The notes beneath the pieces are model-generated. The model saw only the letters and a list, made by a program, of their open reading frames with translations. It made no database searches and was not told the DNA's origin. 64,000 nt of DNA from an uncultured Candidatus Peribacteria bacterium (GTDB lineage: Bacteria; Patescibacteriota; Gracilibacteria; RBG-16-42-10): positions 310,001 to 374,000 of the forward strand of contig CAZERA010000001.1 in assembly GCA_964514565.1 (NCBI GenBank), written 5' to 3'. Shown one piece after another: positions 1 to 10,284 of this stretch (positions are counted from its first letter, which is position 1; every line of letters starts with the position of its first letter). The position numbers and the translations under genes are program-made.

Positions 1-12
1 ACCCTGACGCCT

Positions 13-591
13 GTGATCGAAGGTACCCAATTAGTGCATCCTCAACCCCTATCAGCTGAATTAGCAACTCAAGCCAATCAAGCTGGATATGTTAGCCCTG
101 CTAGTTGTAAATTGGGTGAGATTCCTTATAGCAATGAAATCATTAGTCGAAATGTTCTGCTTGATAATGGCCAAACAAAATTAGTTGCTTTCCCAATTCA
201 CAAGACTATCGACTGTATTCAAAATGATCCCACTAAGCTCAGTGTGCGCTCAGTGCAGCTAGGCAAAGTAGTGCGTAGAGTAGAAGAAGATACGGTGCTA
301 GGTAAGTATGTCACTGTCGAATATCCCAATGGTCTTCGCGTCTCTTATTATCACCTAGACGCTATTCCAGATACGATAGCCTTGGGTAGTGTCGTGAATG
401 CCGGACAATCAGTCGGTACTATGGGAAAAACTGGTCAAATCAGCTTCACCGGCACCCAAATGCTCTTCGAACTCAAAGACGCCGATGGTAACTGGCAAGT
501 CTTCAACCCAGTCCGAGACACCGCCGACACAAGTATTCTAACTATTTTCCCCTGCGCAGGAGACATCAGCACTAAATGTTTACTACAGTAA
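13..591 (+). CDS. M23/LytM-family domain protein, probably 5'-truncated by the window edge and possibly inactive
   Basis: HKTID (HxxxD), G-K-YVTVEYPNG..YYHL and V-x-AGQ-x-VG-x-MG-x-TG are M23 motifs; the GPHLH motif reads GTQML. Confidence 0.7.
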   Translation: MIEGTQLVHPQPLSAELATQANQAGYVSPASCKLGEIPYSNEIISRNVLLDNGQTKLVAFPIHKTIDCIQNDPTKLSVRSVQLGKVVRRVEEDTVLGKYVTVEYPNGLRVSYYHLDAIPDTIALGSVVNAGQSVGTMGKTGQISFTGTQMLFELKDADGNWQVFNPVRDTADTSILTIFPCAGDISTKCLLQ

Positions 592-601
592 CTTCATAGT
601 T

Positions 602-641
602 TCCCAACCTCTGCCCTCGTACCTCTGAACTCTGACCTATC
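602..641. repeat. Degenerate heptamer tandem repeat (CTCTGAx-type) after a stop codon
   Basis: cctctgccctcgtacctctgaactctgacctat; its reverse complement resembles 22491-22521 and 27580-27590. Confidence 0.5.
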
Positions 642-697
642 TTTGATCTCCTCCCCAGAGCTGTGTTATTGTGCTCTCGTAATTAAGCGTTTTTTCT

Positions 698-1219
698 ATG
701 GCTTCCACTACTTCAACTCCATCACAAAAAGAGATCCCTGCAGCTGTTTGGGTTGCTTTACCTGTACTGATTGCGGTGCTTGTATTTGGTTATTTCCGTT
801 TTCTTTCACCTGGAGATTTGACTGCATTTGCTCAATGTCTCAATGAAAAGAAAGCAATATTTTACGGCTCTAGTACTTGTCCTCACTGTGCAGCCCAAAA
901 GCGTGATTTTGGTAAGGCTTTTCAATATGTGCACTATGTAGAGTGTAATGCGAATGGCCAATTGGCTGATGTTTGTAAAAATGAGGGAATCGATAGCTTC
1001 CCAACATGGAAATTTGATGGAAAGGATGCTACTACTGGTCGCCAAGATTTGACGATCTTAGCTGACAAGACTGGCTGTAAGTTGCCTGAAAAAGGCGTAG
1101 TCCAAGAAGGTTCTGATATTGTAAGACCTGGTAGTACTGATCAAGCTGAAGTGACCAAGGTAAATCCTACTACTAGCTCTAGTCCAGCGCCTACCCCTAC
1201 AGCTACAGCAACCAAATAA
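698..1219 (+). CDS. Membrane-anchored thioredoxin-like protein (CPHC)
   Basis: N-terminal TM; FYGSSTCPHC..QK..FG, YVEC and I-x-SFPTW cis-Pro motif as in VKOR-associated Trx-like domains. Confidence 0.8.
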   Translation: MASTTSTPSQKEIPAAVWVALPVLIAVLVFGYFRFLSPGDLTAFAQCLNEKKAIFYGSSTCPHCAAQKRDFGKAFQYVHYVECNANGQLADVCKNEGIDSFPTWKFDGKDATTGRQDLTILADKTGCKLPEKGVVQEGSDIVRPGSTDQAEVTKVNPTTSSSPAPTPTATATK

Positions 1220-1228
1220 TTGCTTTTT

Positions 1229-2521
1229 ATGTGGAGAAGAATGATGGGAGCTGCAGTTGCAGTACTAGTATACGGCATCGTCAGCTCCATCGTGGTAGCG
1301 ATGGCTCAGGGCTATACCTGGGATCGTAACCAACAAAAGGTGGTGATGACCAGTGTCTTGGAAGTCAACTCTTTTCCCACTGGTGCTCAAGTGAGTGTTG
1401 ATGGTCAAGCCTTGAAACAACTGACTCCACTTTCTATTGCTCAGACTCCTGGTGCGTATCAAGTGGATGTGACCAAGGACGGCTATTATCCTTGGCAGTT
1501 TTCTACTTTGCTTGCTCCTCAGCTGCTTACCCAAATTCCGCAGGTACCTTTATTCCCTCAATCGAATTTGTTTCACTCCTTAGCTTTGAGTGATTCAGTA
1601 AGCAAAGTAGTCATTTTTGATAATGGTTTATTATTGGTGACCCAAAGTGAAAAAGCTTTGCACTGGTGGCAAGAAAAGGATGGTCAACTCAAAGAAATTT
1701 TTACAGTGCCAGTATCGGTTGATGTGAAGTACACCTGCCAAGCCGATGGGCCAGTGTGTTTACTGGTCAATGATGATCGTGCTTATTTATTGGATTTGGC
1801 GATGTTGCGAATGCAATATGTAGAGGGGAGACCTTTGCTTTACGATCAACACACCTTTTTCCAATTCCATGATAGTTATTATCTGCTAACCAAGCAGGCC
1901 AACTCAGTAATTTTACAGAAAATTGGTACTACCATTACTAGTCAAACCTTTTTGGCTGATGCCGATGCATTTACACTCTCTGATAATGCCGTATTTTTTG
2001 TGCAAGATGGCATTGTGTGGGAACAATCTTTGATTACTAGTATTAGTAAAAAGGTGACTAGCCTTAGCAATAAAAAACTCAAAATTAAATCGATTTATGC
2101 TGATGCGCATAATCTGATTTGGCAAACAACTGAGGGGGCAGTGACTGTGTGGGATCGAGAAAAAGCTAAATCAATTGGGGCATGGGATAATGCTCAATTG
2201 ACTCGCCATGATGACTTTGTTGCTATCACTAGTGGGGCAAAGGCTTGGGTAGTAACTAAAGACGGTTCAGAAGTTACCTTCCTTGGGCAGATGGCTGATA
2301 CGGTGTTGGATGTACAACCCTATACCACTGCATCTTGGCTAGTGACTCTGCCAGCAGGAGATTATGTACTGACTATGAAAGAGCCACAGATCCAAAATGC
2401 TTTTCATGCTCCTTATAGTGAAGTACATGTAATGGCAAATCAGACTGTAGTTACTGTCAACCAAAGCAAACTCTACTATTACAGTTTCCCTACTAAATCT
2501 TGGTTTGGTCCCAATCAGTAA
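1229..2521 (+). CDS. PEGA-domain membrane-anchored protein with a beta-rich C-terminus
   Basis: TM helix, GY-x-WD, LEVNSFPTGAQVSVDG..TP..PG-x-Y-x-V-x-VTKDGY-x-PW; ATG 1229 preferred over TTG 1220. Confidence 0.8.
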   Translation: MWRRMMGAAVAVLVYGIVSSIVVAMAQGYTWDRNQQKVVMTSVLEVNSFPTGAQVSVDGQALKQLTPLSIAQTPGAYQVDVTKDGYYPWQFSTLLAPQLLTQIPQVPLFPQSNLFHSLALSDSVSKVVIFDNGLLLVTQSEKALHWWQEKDGQLKEIFTVPVSVDVKYTCQADGPVCLLVNDDRAYLLDLAMLRMQYVEGRPLLYDQHTFFQFHDSYYLLTKQANSVILQKIGTTITSQTFLADADAFTLSDNAVFFVQDGIVWEQSLITSISKKVTSLSNKKLKIKSIYADAHNLIWQTTEGAVTVWDREKAKSIGAWDNAQLTRHDDFVAITSGAKAWVVTKDGSEVTFLGQMADTVLDVQPYTTASWLVTLPAGDYVLTMKEPQIQNAFHAPYSEVHVMANQTVVTVNQSKLYYYSFPTKSWFGPNQ

Positions 2522-2524
2522 GCT

Positions 2525-3478
2525 TTAACTACTGACTAAGTTGCTTGGTGCTGCGATCACTCCACTGGTGGGAGCTGTATTCGTGGCAGGATCTGGGTAA
2601 ATTTGTTTAGAGCGTATAATCAAGCGGTTGAGTGATGTACCGACTGGAGTACATGTCATCAAGGTCATGATCGAAGGATATTCATTGCCACTTTGTTGTA
2701 GTACCCATGTCTCGCTAGGGGACACTACTTTGATGTCATATGCTTGGTAGATATATTTCTGACCTTCCCAATAAACGGTCACTTTATCTCCGACCACTAT
2801 TTCATTGAGTAGGGCAAATACATTGTTGTAGTCACCTTTAATCCATACATAGTTTGAGCTATGACCAGTAAAGAAGGCATTGCCAGTTTCGCCCGGATTA
2901 GCTGTGCCAGGATAGTGCACGATGCCTTTGAGTAACGATGCTTGGATATCTTTTTCTAAGCCAGCATAGTCACCATCAATCAGTTTTGTATCAGGCACCG
3001 TGACTACTGGCACATTCTTGCCAATTTTGCCAATCACCACTCGATTGTCACTAGGTGCTACTTCGAAGTTGTTGTAATTGATCACTTCTTGGCGAGTGGA
3101 AAAGCTTTCTTCTACGCTATTGCTAGTCGCAGCTTCTGCCACTTGCGTAGTGCTGATGCCAGCATTATTCGGTGTCTTTTGTAAATTCTTGAGGATTTCT
3201 TGTTGAGGATTTTTGATCGCCAATTGTTTCTCTCTGAAGTAGTCGTATTGTTGCTTATATGCTGGAAAGTTGATACTGATTTGGATGACACCAAAGATCA
3301 GCGCTGTAGTGACTACGAAGCGGGTCAGTGACTTACCTGCCCCCCATAGTTTACGTGGTAGACTGATAGGTAAAGGAGAAAGGGCTATTTCAGCGCTGCC
3401 GCTTCGATAGCCTAGATTATTGATAATCAGATCTCCCTCAGATAGGGCGTTTTGAGCAAAATATTGACGTAGGTCCAT
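2525..3478 (-). CDS. Sortase
   Basis: HYPGTA-x-PG-x-x-GN-x-FFTGHSS, TLMTCTPVG catalytic Cys and downstream R (NRLII). Confidence 0.9.
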   Translation of the reverse strand: MDLRQYFAQNALSEGDLIINNLGYRSGSAEIALSPLPISLPRKLWGAGKSLTRFVVTTALIFGVIQISINFPAYKQQYDYFREKQLAIKNPQQEILKNLQKTPNNAGISTTQVAEAATSNSVEESFSTRQEVINYNNFEVAPSDNRVVIGKIGKNVPVVTVPDTKLIDGDYAGLEKDIQASLLKGIVHYPGTANPGETGNAFFTGHSSNYVWIKGDYNNVFALLNEIVVGDKVTVYWEGQKYIYQAYDIKVVSPSETWVLQQSGNEYPSIMTLMTCTPVGTSLNRLIIRSKQIYPDPATNTAPTSGVIAAPSNLVSS

Positions 3479-3534
3479 AAAAGAAATTCATTCCTTTTAG
3501 TATACCTCAATCATGTATTTTTCTCAATGCGTGG

Positions 3535-5520
3535 TTATACATTCATGATTGAGACCAAAATCATTGGTTGACGTTCGGTCTTCTTGAACAAGAATTGGCT
3601 AACTGTGCTTTGAATCATGCCTTTCAGCTCGTTCACATTCGTGCTGTAGAGTCTCTTGCCATGTTGGGTAAACAGATCAGTGACAACTGCCTTTGCTTCG
3701 TTGCTAAGGACGTCTGCACCACGTACATAAATAAATCCTTTGGACATGATGTCTGGTTGACCAATTAGGTCACCTTGTTTAGAAACTGCGAGGTTGATGA
3801 TGAAAATACCTTCTTCAGACATTTCATGACGCTCTGTAATCACAGATTCGCTTACATCACCCATTCCAAGTCCATCAATAGCAATTAAGCCATGAGGTGC
3901 TTTTTCTCTCTGACGGATCACTTTACCTTGGGTATCAAAGTCTAAAATTGTTCCATTATCAGGAATAATAGTGGTTTGTTCTGTGAACCCTACCTTAGCT
4001 GCAATCTCAGCATGCTTACAAAGCAAGTAATGGTTACCTTCGATTGGAATAAAGTATTTAGGTTTGAGGATACGGAGCAAGATTTGAGTATCTTGTTCTT
4101 TGGCATGTCCACCAGCATGAATTTCCATCATACGGTAGTTGATGGCTTTAGCTCCTAGACGATACAGTCTGTCCATGAGTTGGCCGACACTTTGTTCATT
4201 ACCAGGAATGATTGAAGATGAGAACACTACTGTGTCACCCTTTTGAATCTGGATGAAGCGATGTTCACCGAGTGCTGCACGCATCAATGCTGCGTTCTTT
4301 TCTCCTTGAGCACCAGTCAAAATAATAGTGACTTGATCAGGGCGAAGTCTATTTGCTTCTTGAATAGTGATGAGAGTGTGAGGAGCGACTTTCATGTATT
4401 TGAGATTGCGAGCAATCAATACATTGTTGGTCATAGTTCGTCCCATCAGGACCACTTTGCGGCCGTATTGTTCAGCAAGACCGATTAGTTGTTGTACACG
4501 GCTTAGGTTAGAAGCAAATGTACCGACAATAATACGTTGTTTTGCTTTGAAGAAAATGCTGTCGAGCGGGTCTTTGACTGCACTTTCAGACATTTGAAGA
4601 CCGACTTGGTAGGCATTGGTACTATCACAGAATGCTGCCAGTACGCCTGCTGCTCCGATCCGAGTCACTTTGACGAAATCAAATACTTCATCATTGACTG
4701 GATTGAGATCGATTTTCCAATCGCCAGTGTGGACGATGTTACCTACTGGTGTACCGATTACTACACCGACCGCATCTGGAATACTGTGATTGACGCGGAA
4801 GAAGTCGATAGTAAATGGGCCGATCTTGATAGTGTCTTCTGGTCTAATGATCTGAAGATTGAGGCGTTGTTTGCTTTCTTCTTGACGCTTTTGAATAAGC
4901 GCGCCAGTCAGAGGAGTACAATACACTGGTATCTGGAGACCGAGTTTTGGCATTACATGAGGGATACCACCAATATGATCTAAGTGACCATGAGTAATGA
5001 TGACACCTTTGATGTTTTTTTCCTTACCACGGAAATAGCTATAATCAGCTACAGCATAGTCGATACCATGCATATTCTCGTCAGGGAATTGGAGACCCAT
5101 GTCTACAATGATGGCACTATCACCATATTCAAAGGCGATAGAGTTTTTGCCTACCTCTTCTAGACCACCCAGTGTAATAACACGTAATTGGTTTTGAGCC
5201 AAAGGAGGCACTGGTTTAGCATTGGTTTCTTGTACAAATGCAGGGCGCTGTGGCATTGGTCGGCGTTGGCCGTGACCATGTTGTTGGCGTGGCTGGAAGT
5301 GCTGTTTTGGTCCATTTTGTGGTGGACGTTGGTTAGGATTTTGATTTGGATTGTGTGGTTGGGGAGCTCGAGGCGCTTGAGGTCGTTGTTGTTGTGGAGC
5401 TTGAACTGGGCGACTCTGCTGAGGATTTTTAGGAGGCAGCGGAGCAGGAGGATTGGAGTTTTGTGGTTGGCTAGAATCCGGTTTTTTAGGATCCTTCAAC
5501 CAAGATGTGAATAAATTCAT
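3535..5520 (-). CDS. rnj: Ribonuclease J with a ~100-aa P/Q/N/R-rich N-terminal extension
   Basis: LGGLEEVGKN, THGHLDHIG, HSIPD, HTGDWKID, DSTNA, FASN-x-x-R, IPGNE, HAGGH. Confidence 0.95.
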   Translation of the reverse strand: MNLFTSWLKDPKKPDSSQPQNSNPPAPLPPKNPQQSRPVQAPQQQRPQAPRAPQPHNPNQNPNQRPPQNGPKQHFQPRQQHGHGQRRPMPQRPAFVQETNAKPVPPLAQNQLRVITLGGLEEVGKNSIAFEYGDSAIIVDMGLQFPDENMHGIDYAVADYSYFRGKEKNIKGVIITHGHLDHIGGIPHVMPKLGLQIPVYCTPLTGALIQKRQEESKQRLNLQIIRPEDTIKIGPFTIDFFRVNHSIPDAVGVVIGTPVGNIVHTGDWKIDLNPVNDEVFDFVKVTRIGAAGVLAAFCDSTNAYQVGLQMSESAVKDPLDSIFFKAKQRIIVGTFASNLSRVQQLIGLAEQYGRKVVLMGRTMTNNVLIARNLKYMKVAPHTLITIQEANRLRPDQVTIILTGAQGEKNAALMRAALGEHRFIQIQKGDTVVFSSSIIPGNEQSVGQLMDRLYRLGAKAINYRMMEIHAGGHAKEQDTQILLRILKPKYFIPIEGNHYLLCKHAEIAAKVGFTEQTTIIPDNGTILDFDTQGKVIRQREKAPHGLIAIDGLGMGDVSESVITERHEMSEEGIFIINLAVSKQGDLIGQPDIMSKGFIYVRGADVLSNEAKAVVTDLFTQHGKRLYSTNVNELKGMIQSTVSQFLFKKTERQPMILVSIMNV

Positions 5521-5791
5521 AAATGAAATAAAAAAGTAAACAATATAAAATAAATAGAAAAAACGATAACGAACAATAACAATAAATAAAGGTGGAATAA
5601 TGACTTGCTGATCAGCAGGAGAAGATAGCTGTCAGGTGGTCTTGGTCGGGGGAGTAAATGATTAGGGGATAAAATAAAAACATGCGTGTGCTGGATGGCA
5701 CACTTTGTAGCTAAAACGAGGAATAAAGATCGAAACTCTTAGTCATGATGTGCTGTCTCTGTGTTTGTTTGAAAATAACCAGATCGTTTTT

Positions 5792-5821
5792 AGTATAGCA
5801 CGAACTTAAGCGAACTTACAA
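5792..5821 (-). promoter_or_regulatory. Putative sigma70 promoter for rnj giving a ~265-nt 5' leader
   Basis: Minus strand TTGTAA-N18-TATACT with TG extended -10 (gtgcTATACT). Confidence 0.55.
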
Positions 5822-5861
5822 ACCTAAAGAAGGTGGTTTAAGGACAAGAAAAGCATGCAGA

Positions 5862-6617
5862 TCAGCAAGGAATCTTATTTTTTTGCAGCACAAAAATACT
5901 AAAAATACTGATCTTTTGTGCATGAAAGAATTGCGGATACTTTTTGATAAACTGGTCAGCTGGGTAGGGCTCAAACATATCCGTCATTACTAACCCAGCT
6001 TGATGAAAGTGATGCAAGTAAGTACTGAGCGTGCGATGATAGTAGTTTGTAGCTGGTATTAGTGGTCCAAAAGATTGTTTCAATGTGGGGGAGGGAACTT
6101 GGAAATAGTTATTGAGATGAAAATATGACCATGCTTGCTTAATTCGTCCTTTTATCCCTCGGCGAAATTTACCTACCGGTGGTGTAAAACAAGGGTGGAG
6201 GACAGAAAATAAAATTTGACCAGTTGGTTTTATTAACCTTCTGGTCTCTGCCAAGATAGTTTCAATATTTTTCATGTCCATTAGGACTAGATTGGCTACA
6301 ATACAATCATATTTGCCGTCAGCATAAGGCAGGGCCATATTTCCGTCATGGACGATGTATTTGATGCCTGAGTGAGCAAAATATTGTTGGGCAATGCCAA
6401 CCATCGCTTGATTGTCGAATGCATCAACCTCCGCCCCTTTTTGAGCAAGGTGATAAGCAAAGAATCCGTTGCCACATCCAATGTCTAATACTCTTTTTCC
6501 CTGCAAGGGCGACATGGTTTCCCATAGGATTGGATAAAGGAGCTCGGTGCGTAATTTGTCTGCTGGGCTATCTACAAATTGGTGATAGTGATCGGCGATT
6601 TCGCTCCAGGTATCCAT
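5862..6617 (-). CDS. Class I SAM-dependent methyltransferase
   Basis: VLDIGCGNG motif I, YDCIVANLVLMD, LFSVLHPCF, YYHRTLS. Confidence 0.9.
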   Translation of the reverse strand: MDTWSEIADHYHQFVDSPADKLRTELLYPILWETMSPLQGKRVLDIGCGNGFFAYHLAQKGAEVDAFDNQAMVGIAQQYFAHSGIKYIVHDGNMALPYADGKYDCIVANLVLMDMKNIETILAETRRLIKPTGQILFSVLHPCFTPPVGKFRRGIKGRIKQAWSYFHLNNYFQVPSPTLKQSFGPLIPATNYYHRTLSTYLHHFHQAGLVMTDMFEPYPADQFIKKYPQFFHAQKISIFSIFVLQKNKIPC

Positions 6618-6675
6618 AATAAGGTATAATATATCTGTGCGTACTCTAATCGCCCTTCATTACTTCATCAACAAT

Positions 6676-7125
6676 ATGCATATTTATTTAGGTTATGACC
6701 ATGCTGGCCGGTCGCTACGAGATGCAGTGATTTCAGCTATAGAGACTTTGGGTGGGACTGTGACTGATCTTGGGTCAGAAGGAGATTTAAATGATGATTA
6801 TCCAGATTTTGCTTTTGCTGTGGCCAAGAGGGTAGCTGAAGATCCATCTGCAAAAGGTATTCTGATGTGTGGTACAGGTGCTGGTATGGCTATTGCTGCT
6901 AATAAAATCCCGGGTATTCGTGCCGCTACAGCAGATACTGAACTAGTAGCTCAAATGATTCGCGCAGATAATGATGCCAATATATTAGCTCTAGCTGGAC
7001 GAATACTTTCTCCTGAGTTGGCTCAGAAAGTTGTTACTATGTTTTTGAATACTCCCTTCGAGGGAGGTAGACACCAGCGTCGTGTCAGTAAAATTATGAC
7101 TTTAGAAGATCAGACAATCCTTTAA
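6676..7125 (+). CDS. rpiB: Ribose-5-phosphate isomerase B
   Basis: DHAG, DYPD, CGTGAG, ANK-x-x-GIRAA, N-x-ANIL, FEGGRH-x-RR. Confidence 0.95.
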   Translation: MHIYLGYDHAGRSLRDAVISAIETLGGTVTDLGSEGDLNDDYPDFAFAVAKRVAEDPSAKGILMCGTGAGMAIAANKIPGIRAATADTELVAQMIRADNDANILALAGRILSPELAQKVVTMFLNTPFEGGRHQRRVSKIMTLEDQTIL

Positions 7126-7136
7126 TAACGATTAGC

Positions 7137-7763
7137 ATGCCGTTACTTTCCGCCTCATTATTGGCAGCAAACTCTATTAATCTTTCACAGGAGTTACGTA
7201 GCATTGAAGGCCTAGTACAAAGTCTACATCTCGATATCATGGATGGTAAAGCAGTGCCAACTACTGGTTTAGCTTTAGATGCTATTAAGTTGTTACCTGA
7301 TGGCTGGAAGAAAGAAGCTCACCTTATGGTCATTGACCCGGCTATGATAATCAATAACCTGAAAGATATAGGTATTGATGTGTTTTATGTTGGATTAGAC
7401 GCTTGGGGGAAAAAAGAGTCTCTTCCTCATATTGCTGGCAAGTTAGGTCTGGTCCTAAACCCCAGCGACTTAATTACTGAAAATAGTAGTAGCATACAAT
7501 TCGCTACAATTATTCTCATCATGGGAGTGGTGCCTGGTTGGTCGGGACATGAAATGCTTGAAGGTACAATCGAGCGTGTTCGGCAGGTAAGAGCCCTTTG
7601 TCCACAAGCACAAATAGTAGTAGATGGCGGAGTTAATGAGAAAAATGCTCAGGCTTTGGTGGAAGCTGGTGCTGACAAATTGGTGATAGGATCATATTTG
7701 TTTAAAGCTACAGACCGCATGGCTGCAGTGTCTTTACTGATAGGAGCATTTAATAAGTTATAG
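7137..7763 (+). CDS. rpe: Ribulose-phosphate 3-epimerase
   Basis: SASLL, HLDIMDG, AHLMV, M-x-V-x-PG-x-SG, VDGGVN, GS-x-LF. Confidence 0.9.
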   Translation: MPLLSASLLAANSINLSQELRSIEGLVQSLHLDIMDGKAVPTTGLALDAIKLLPDGWKKEAHLMVIDPAMIINNLKDIGIDVFYVGLDAWGKKESLPHIAGKLGLVLNPSDLITENSSSIQFATIILIMGVVPGWSGHEMLEGTIERVRQVRALCPQAQIVVDGGVNEKNAQALVEAGADKLVIGSYLFKATDRMAAVSLLIGAFNKL

Positions 7764-7873
7764 ATAATAATTCGGTGAAAATAGTATTGGTAATGTAGTG
7801 AATTAAACTTTTCACTATTCATTATTCATTTTTCATTTTTTTGTTATACTCCCATCGTCTTTTACCAGTTCTT

Positions 7874-9634
7874 ATGTCTACTAAAAACGATTCGAAGATT
7901 GAACGGATGCGTCATAGTGCTGCCCATGTTCTCGCTATGGCTGTGATGGAAATGTTTCCCGATGCGAAGCTAGCTATTGGCCCTACTGTAGAAAATGGCT
8001 TCTATTACGATGTTGATTTACCTCGTACTTTGATTCCGGAAGATCTGCCTCTACTGGAGGAGAAGATGAAGAAGTATATCAAAATGGATCTGCCATTTGA
8101 TCATTATGATGAACCAAAAGCCAAAGCTGTAGAATTTTTGAAGAGAATCAATCAAAGCTACAAAGTAGAAATGGCTGAAGATTTGGATGTGACGGAGATT
8201 TCTTTTTATAAGAATGGTTCAGCATTTGTGGATATGTGTGAAGGGCCTCATTTGGCTCGTACTGGAGAGATGGGGGCTTTCAAACTGACCAAGATTGCCG
8301 GTGCTTATTGGCGTGGTGATGAGAAGAACAAAATGTTGCAACGTATTTATGGGTTGTGTTTTGAGACTCAAGCTGAGCTTGATGCTTTTATGCATCAACA
8401 AGAAGAAGCAAAGAAACGTGACCACCGCATGCTTGGTCAAAAGTTGAAGTTGTTTACGGTTTCTAATCTAATCGGTGCTGGATTACCTTTGCTCCAACCC
8501 AAAGGTATGATTTTGCGTAAAGAGCTAGAGGATTATTTATGGGAACTTCATAAAGACAAGGGCTATCTACGAGTATGGACTCCTCATATTGCCAAGGAAG
8601 ATCTCTATGTCACTTCAGGACATGCTGCTAAATTTGGTGATGAATTATTTAGAGTAAAGGGCAAAGAGGAAAACTTCATTATGAAGCCAATGAACTGTCC
8701 TCATCATATGCAGATATTTGCCGACAATCAGTTCTCATATCGCGATATGCCTATTCGTTATTTTGAACCAGCTACCGTTTATCGTGATGAAAAGTCTGGT
8801 CAATTAGGTGGTCTCACTCGTGTCCGTGCTATTACCCAAGATGATGGACATTTATTCTGTCGTGTTACTCAAATCCATCAAGAAATTAAGACTATTGTAG
8901 GTATTATCAAAGAGTTTTATACCACGATGGGTTTACTTGATGGTTATTGGGTACGTCTATCTATTCGTGACGAGAAAAAAGAAAACTATCTTGGTTCTGA
9001 TGAGGTGTGGGATACAGCTGAAGCAGCTCTCAAATCAGTCTGTGAAGAAGAAAATCTCCCTTACCGTATTGGTAAAGGCGAAGCAGCTTTTTATGGTCCC
9101 AAATTAGACTTCATGTTCAAAGATGCGATCGGTCGTGAGTGGCAATTGGCTACGATTCAATGTGATTTCAACTTACCCAATCGCTTTGAGTTGTCTTATA
9201 CCAATGAAGACGGTCAAAAGGAACGTCCAGTCGTGATCCATCGCGCTATTTGTGGTTCATTTGAACGTTTCATGGGTATTATGATCGAACACTTTGCTGG
9301 TGCTTTCCCTACTTGGCTTGCTCCAGTGCAAATTCAAATGATTCCAATTGCGGAAAATCATCAAACTTTTGCATTTGAATTAGCAACAAAATGGAGAGCA
9401 AAAGGAGTCCGGGTGCATATTGATGATCGCAATGAGAGCTTAGGTAAGCGTATTCGTGAGTCAGAGCAAGACAAGGTGCCTTATATGTTGGTGCTTGGAG
9501 ATAAAGAAATTGCTGCAGCTTCAGTGGCTGTTCGTAACTTCCACACCAAAGAGCAAAAGGTGGTGACTATTGTTGATTTTGAGACCACGCTCATGGCGGA
9601 AATTAGTAGTCGTGCTTTATCTCTAACAGTTTAG
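7874..9634 (+). CDS. thrS: Threonine--tRNA ligase (no N-terminal TGS domain)
   Basis: RHSAAH, CEGPH, GAYWRG, RDHR, KPMNCP, RVR-x-ITQDDGH, GEAAFYGPK, IHRA. Confidence 0.97.
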   Translation: MSTKNDSKIERMRHSAAHVLAMAVMEMFPDAKLAIGPTVENGFYYDVDLPRTLIPEDLPLLEEKMKKYIKMDLPFDHYDEPKAKAVEFLKRINQSYKVEMAEDLDVTEISFYKNGSAFVDMCEGPHLARTGEMGAFKLTKIAGAYWRGDEKNKMLQRIYGLCFETQAELDAFMHQQEEAKKRDHRMLGQKLKLFTVSNLIGAGLPLLQPKGMILRKELEDYLWELHKDKGYLRVWTPHIAKEDLYVTSGHAAKFGDELFRVKGKEENFIMKPMNCPHHMQIFADNQFSYRDMPIRYFEPATVYRDEKSGQLGGLTRVRAITQDDGHLFCRVTQIHQEIKTIVGIIKEFYTTMGLLDGYWVRLSIRDEKKENYLGSDEVWDTAEAALKSVCEEENLPYRIGKGEAAFYGPKLDFMFKDAIGREWQLATIQCDFNLPNRFELSYTNEDGQKERPVVIHRAICGSFERFMGIMIEHFAGAFPTWLAPVQIQMIPIAENHQTFAFELATKWRAKGVRVHIDDRNESLGKRIRESEQDKVPYMLVLGDKEIAAASVAVRNFHTKEQKVVTIVDFETTLMAEISSRALSLTV

Positions 9635-9688
9635 GGTTGTTGACTAATCTTATATTGTTTTGTAATATCAAATCTTTAATTTTATTTA

Positions 9689-10090
9689 ATGGCTAAACAG
9701 TCATTTATTGAACATAAACCCGTTTTAGAATCTGCTCTTCTCAGCCTTGCCGTAAGAGGCCTACAGTCTGATAAAATCGAGGGTGAGGCTTTGAGAAAAG
9801 GCATGCGTACTGAGGTCTCTGCTATTGTAAACAAGACCCCGTTTGGCATGTTCAATGGTATGTTTAAAGCGTTTTTCTATGATCCATATAGGGCCATCAA
9901 ATATAATCTTCGTGGCGGACTTGGAATTGTTCCTATGGTTTTAGGCGAATTACCTATTTATGAAGGTGATGATGAAGAATTAAAAGTATTTAAACGGGAG
10001 TTTCGGGTACAAGTTTTGGCTGCTCAGTTGGGATCTCGCAGAGCAATTGAATGGTTGCTAGATGTTCAAGCTAAAGCAACTCACCAGTAA
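9689..10090 (+). CDS. Hypothetical protein
   Basis: 133-aa ORF with an AT-rich upstream region; no motif recognised. Confidence 0.6.
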   Translation: MAKQSFIEHKPVLESALLSLAVRGLQSDKIEGEALRKGMRTEVSAIVNKTPFGMFNGMFKAFFYDPYRAIKYNLRGGLGIVPMVLGELPIYEGDDEELKVFKREFRVQVLAAQLGSRRAIEWLLDVQAKATHQ

Positions 10091-10284
10091 GAAAGGATAA
10101 GTTTTTATTATCGGTCAAAAGCACTTGGTTTGCATATACATGCGATCTGAGTGCTTTTAGTAATGTGTGATAAAAATATCTCCTGTCAATTTCGGGGTGG
10201 TGAGTGGTGAGTAGAAACTCACCTTTTGAGTTGGTATGTTGAAGATGCTTTCTGATCAGAAGCGCGAACATTACTTTTAATTAC

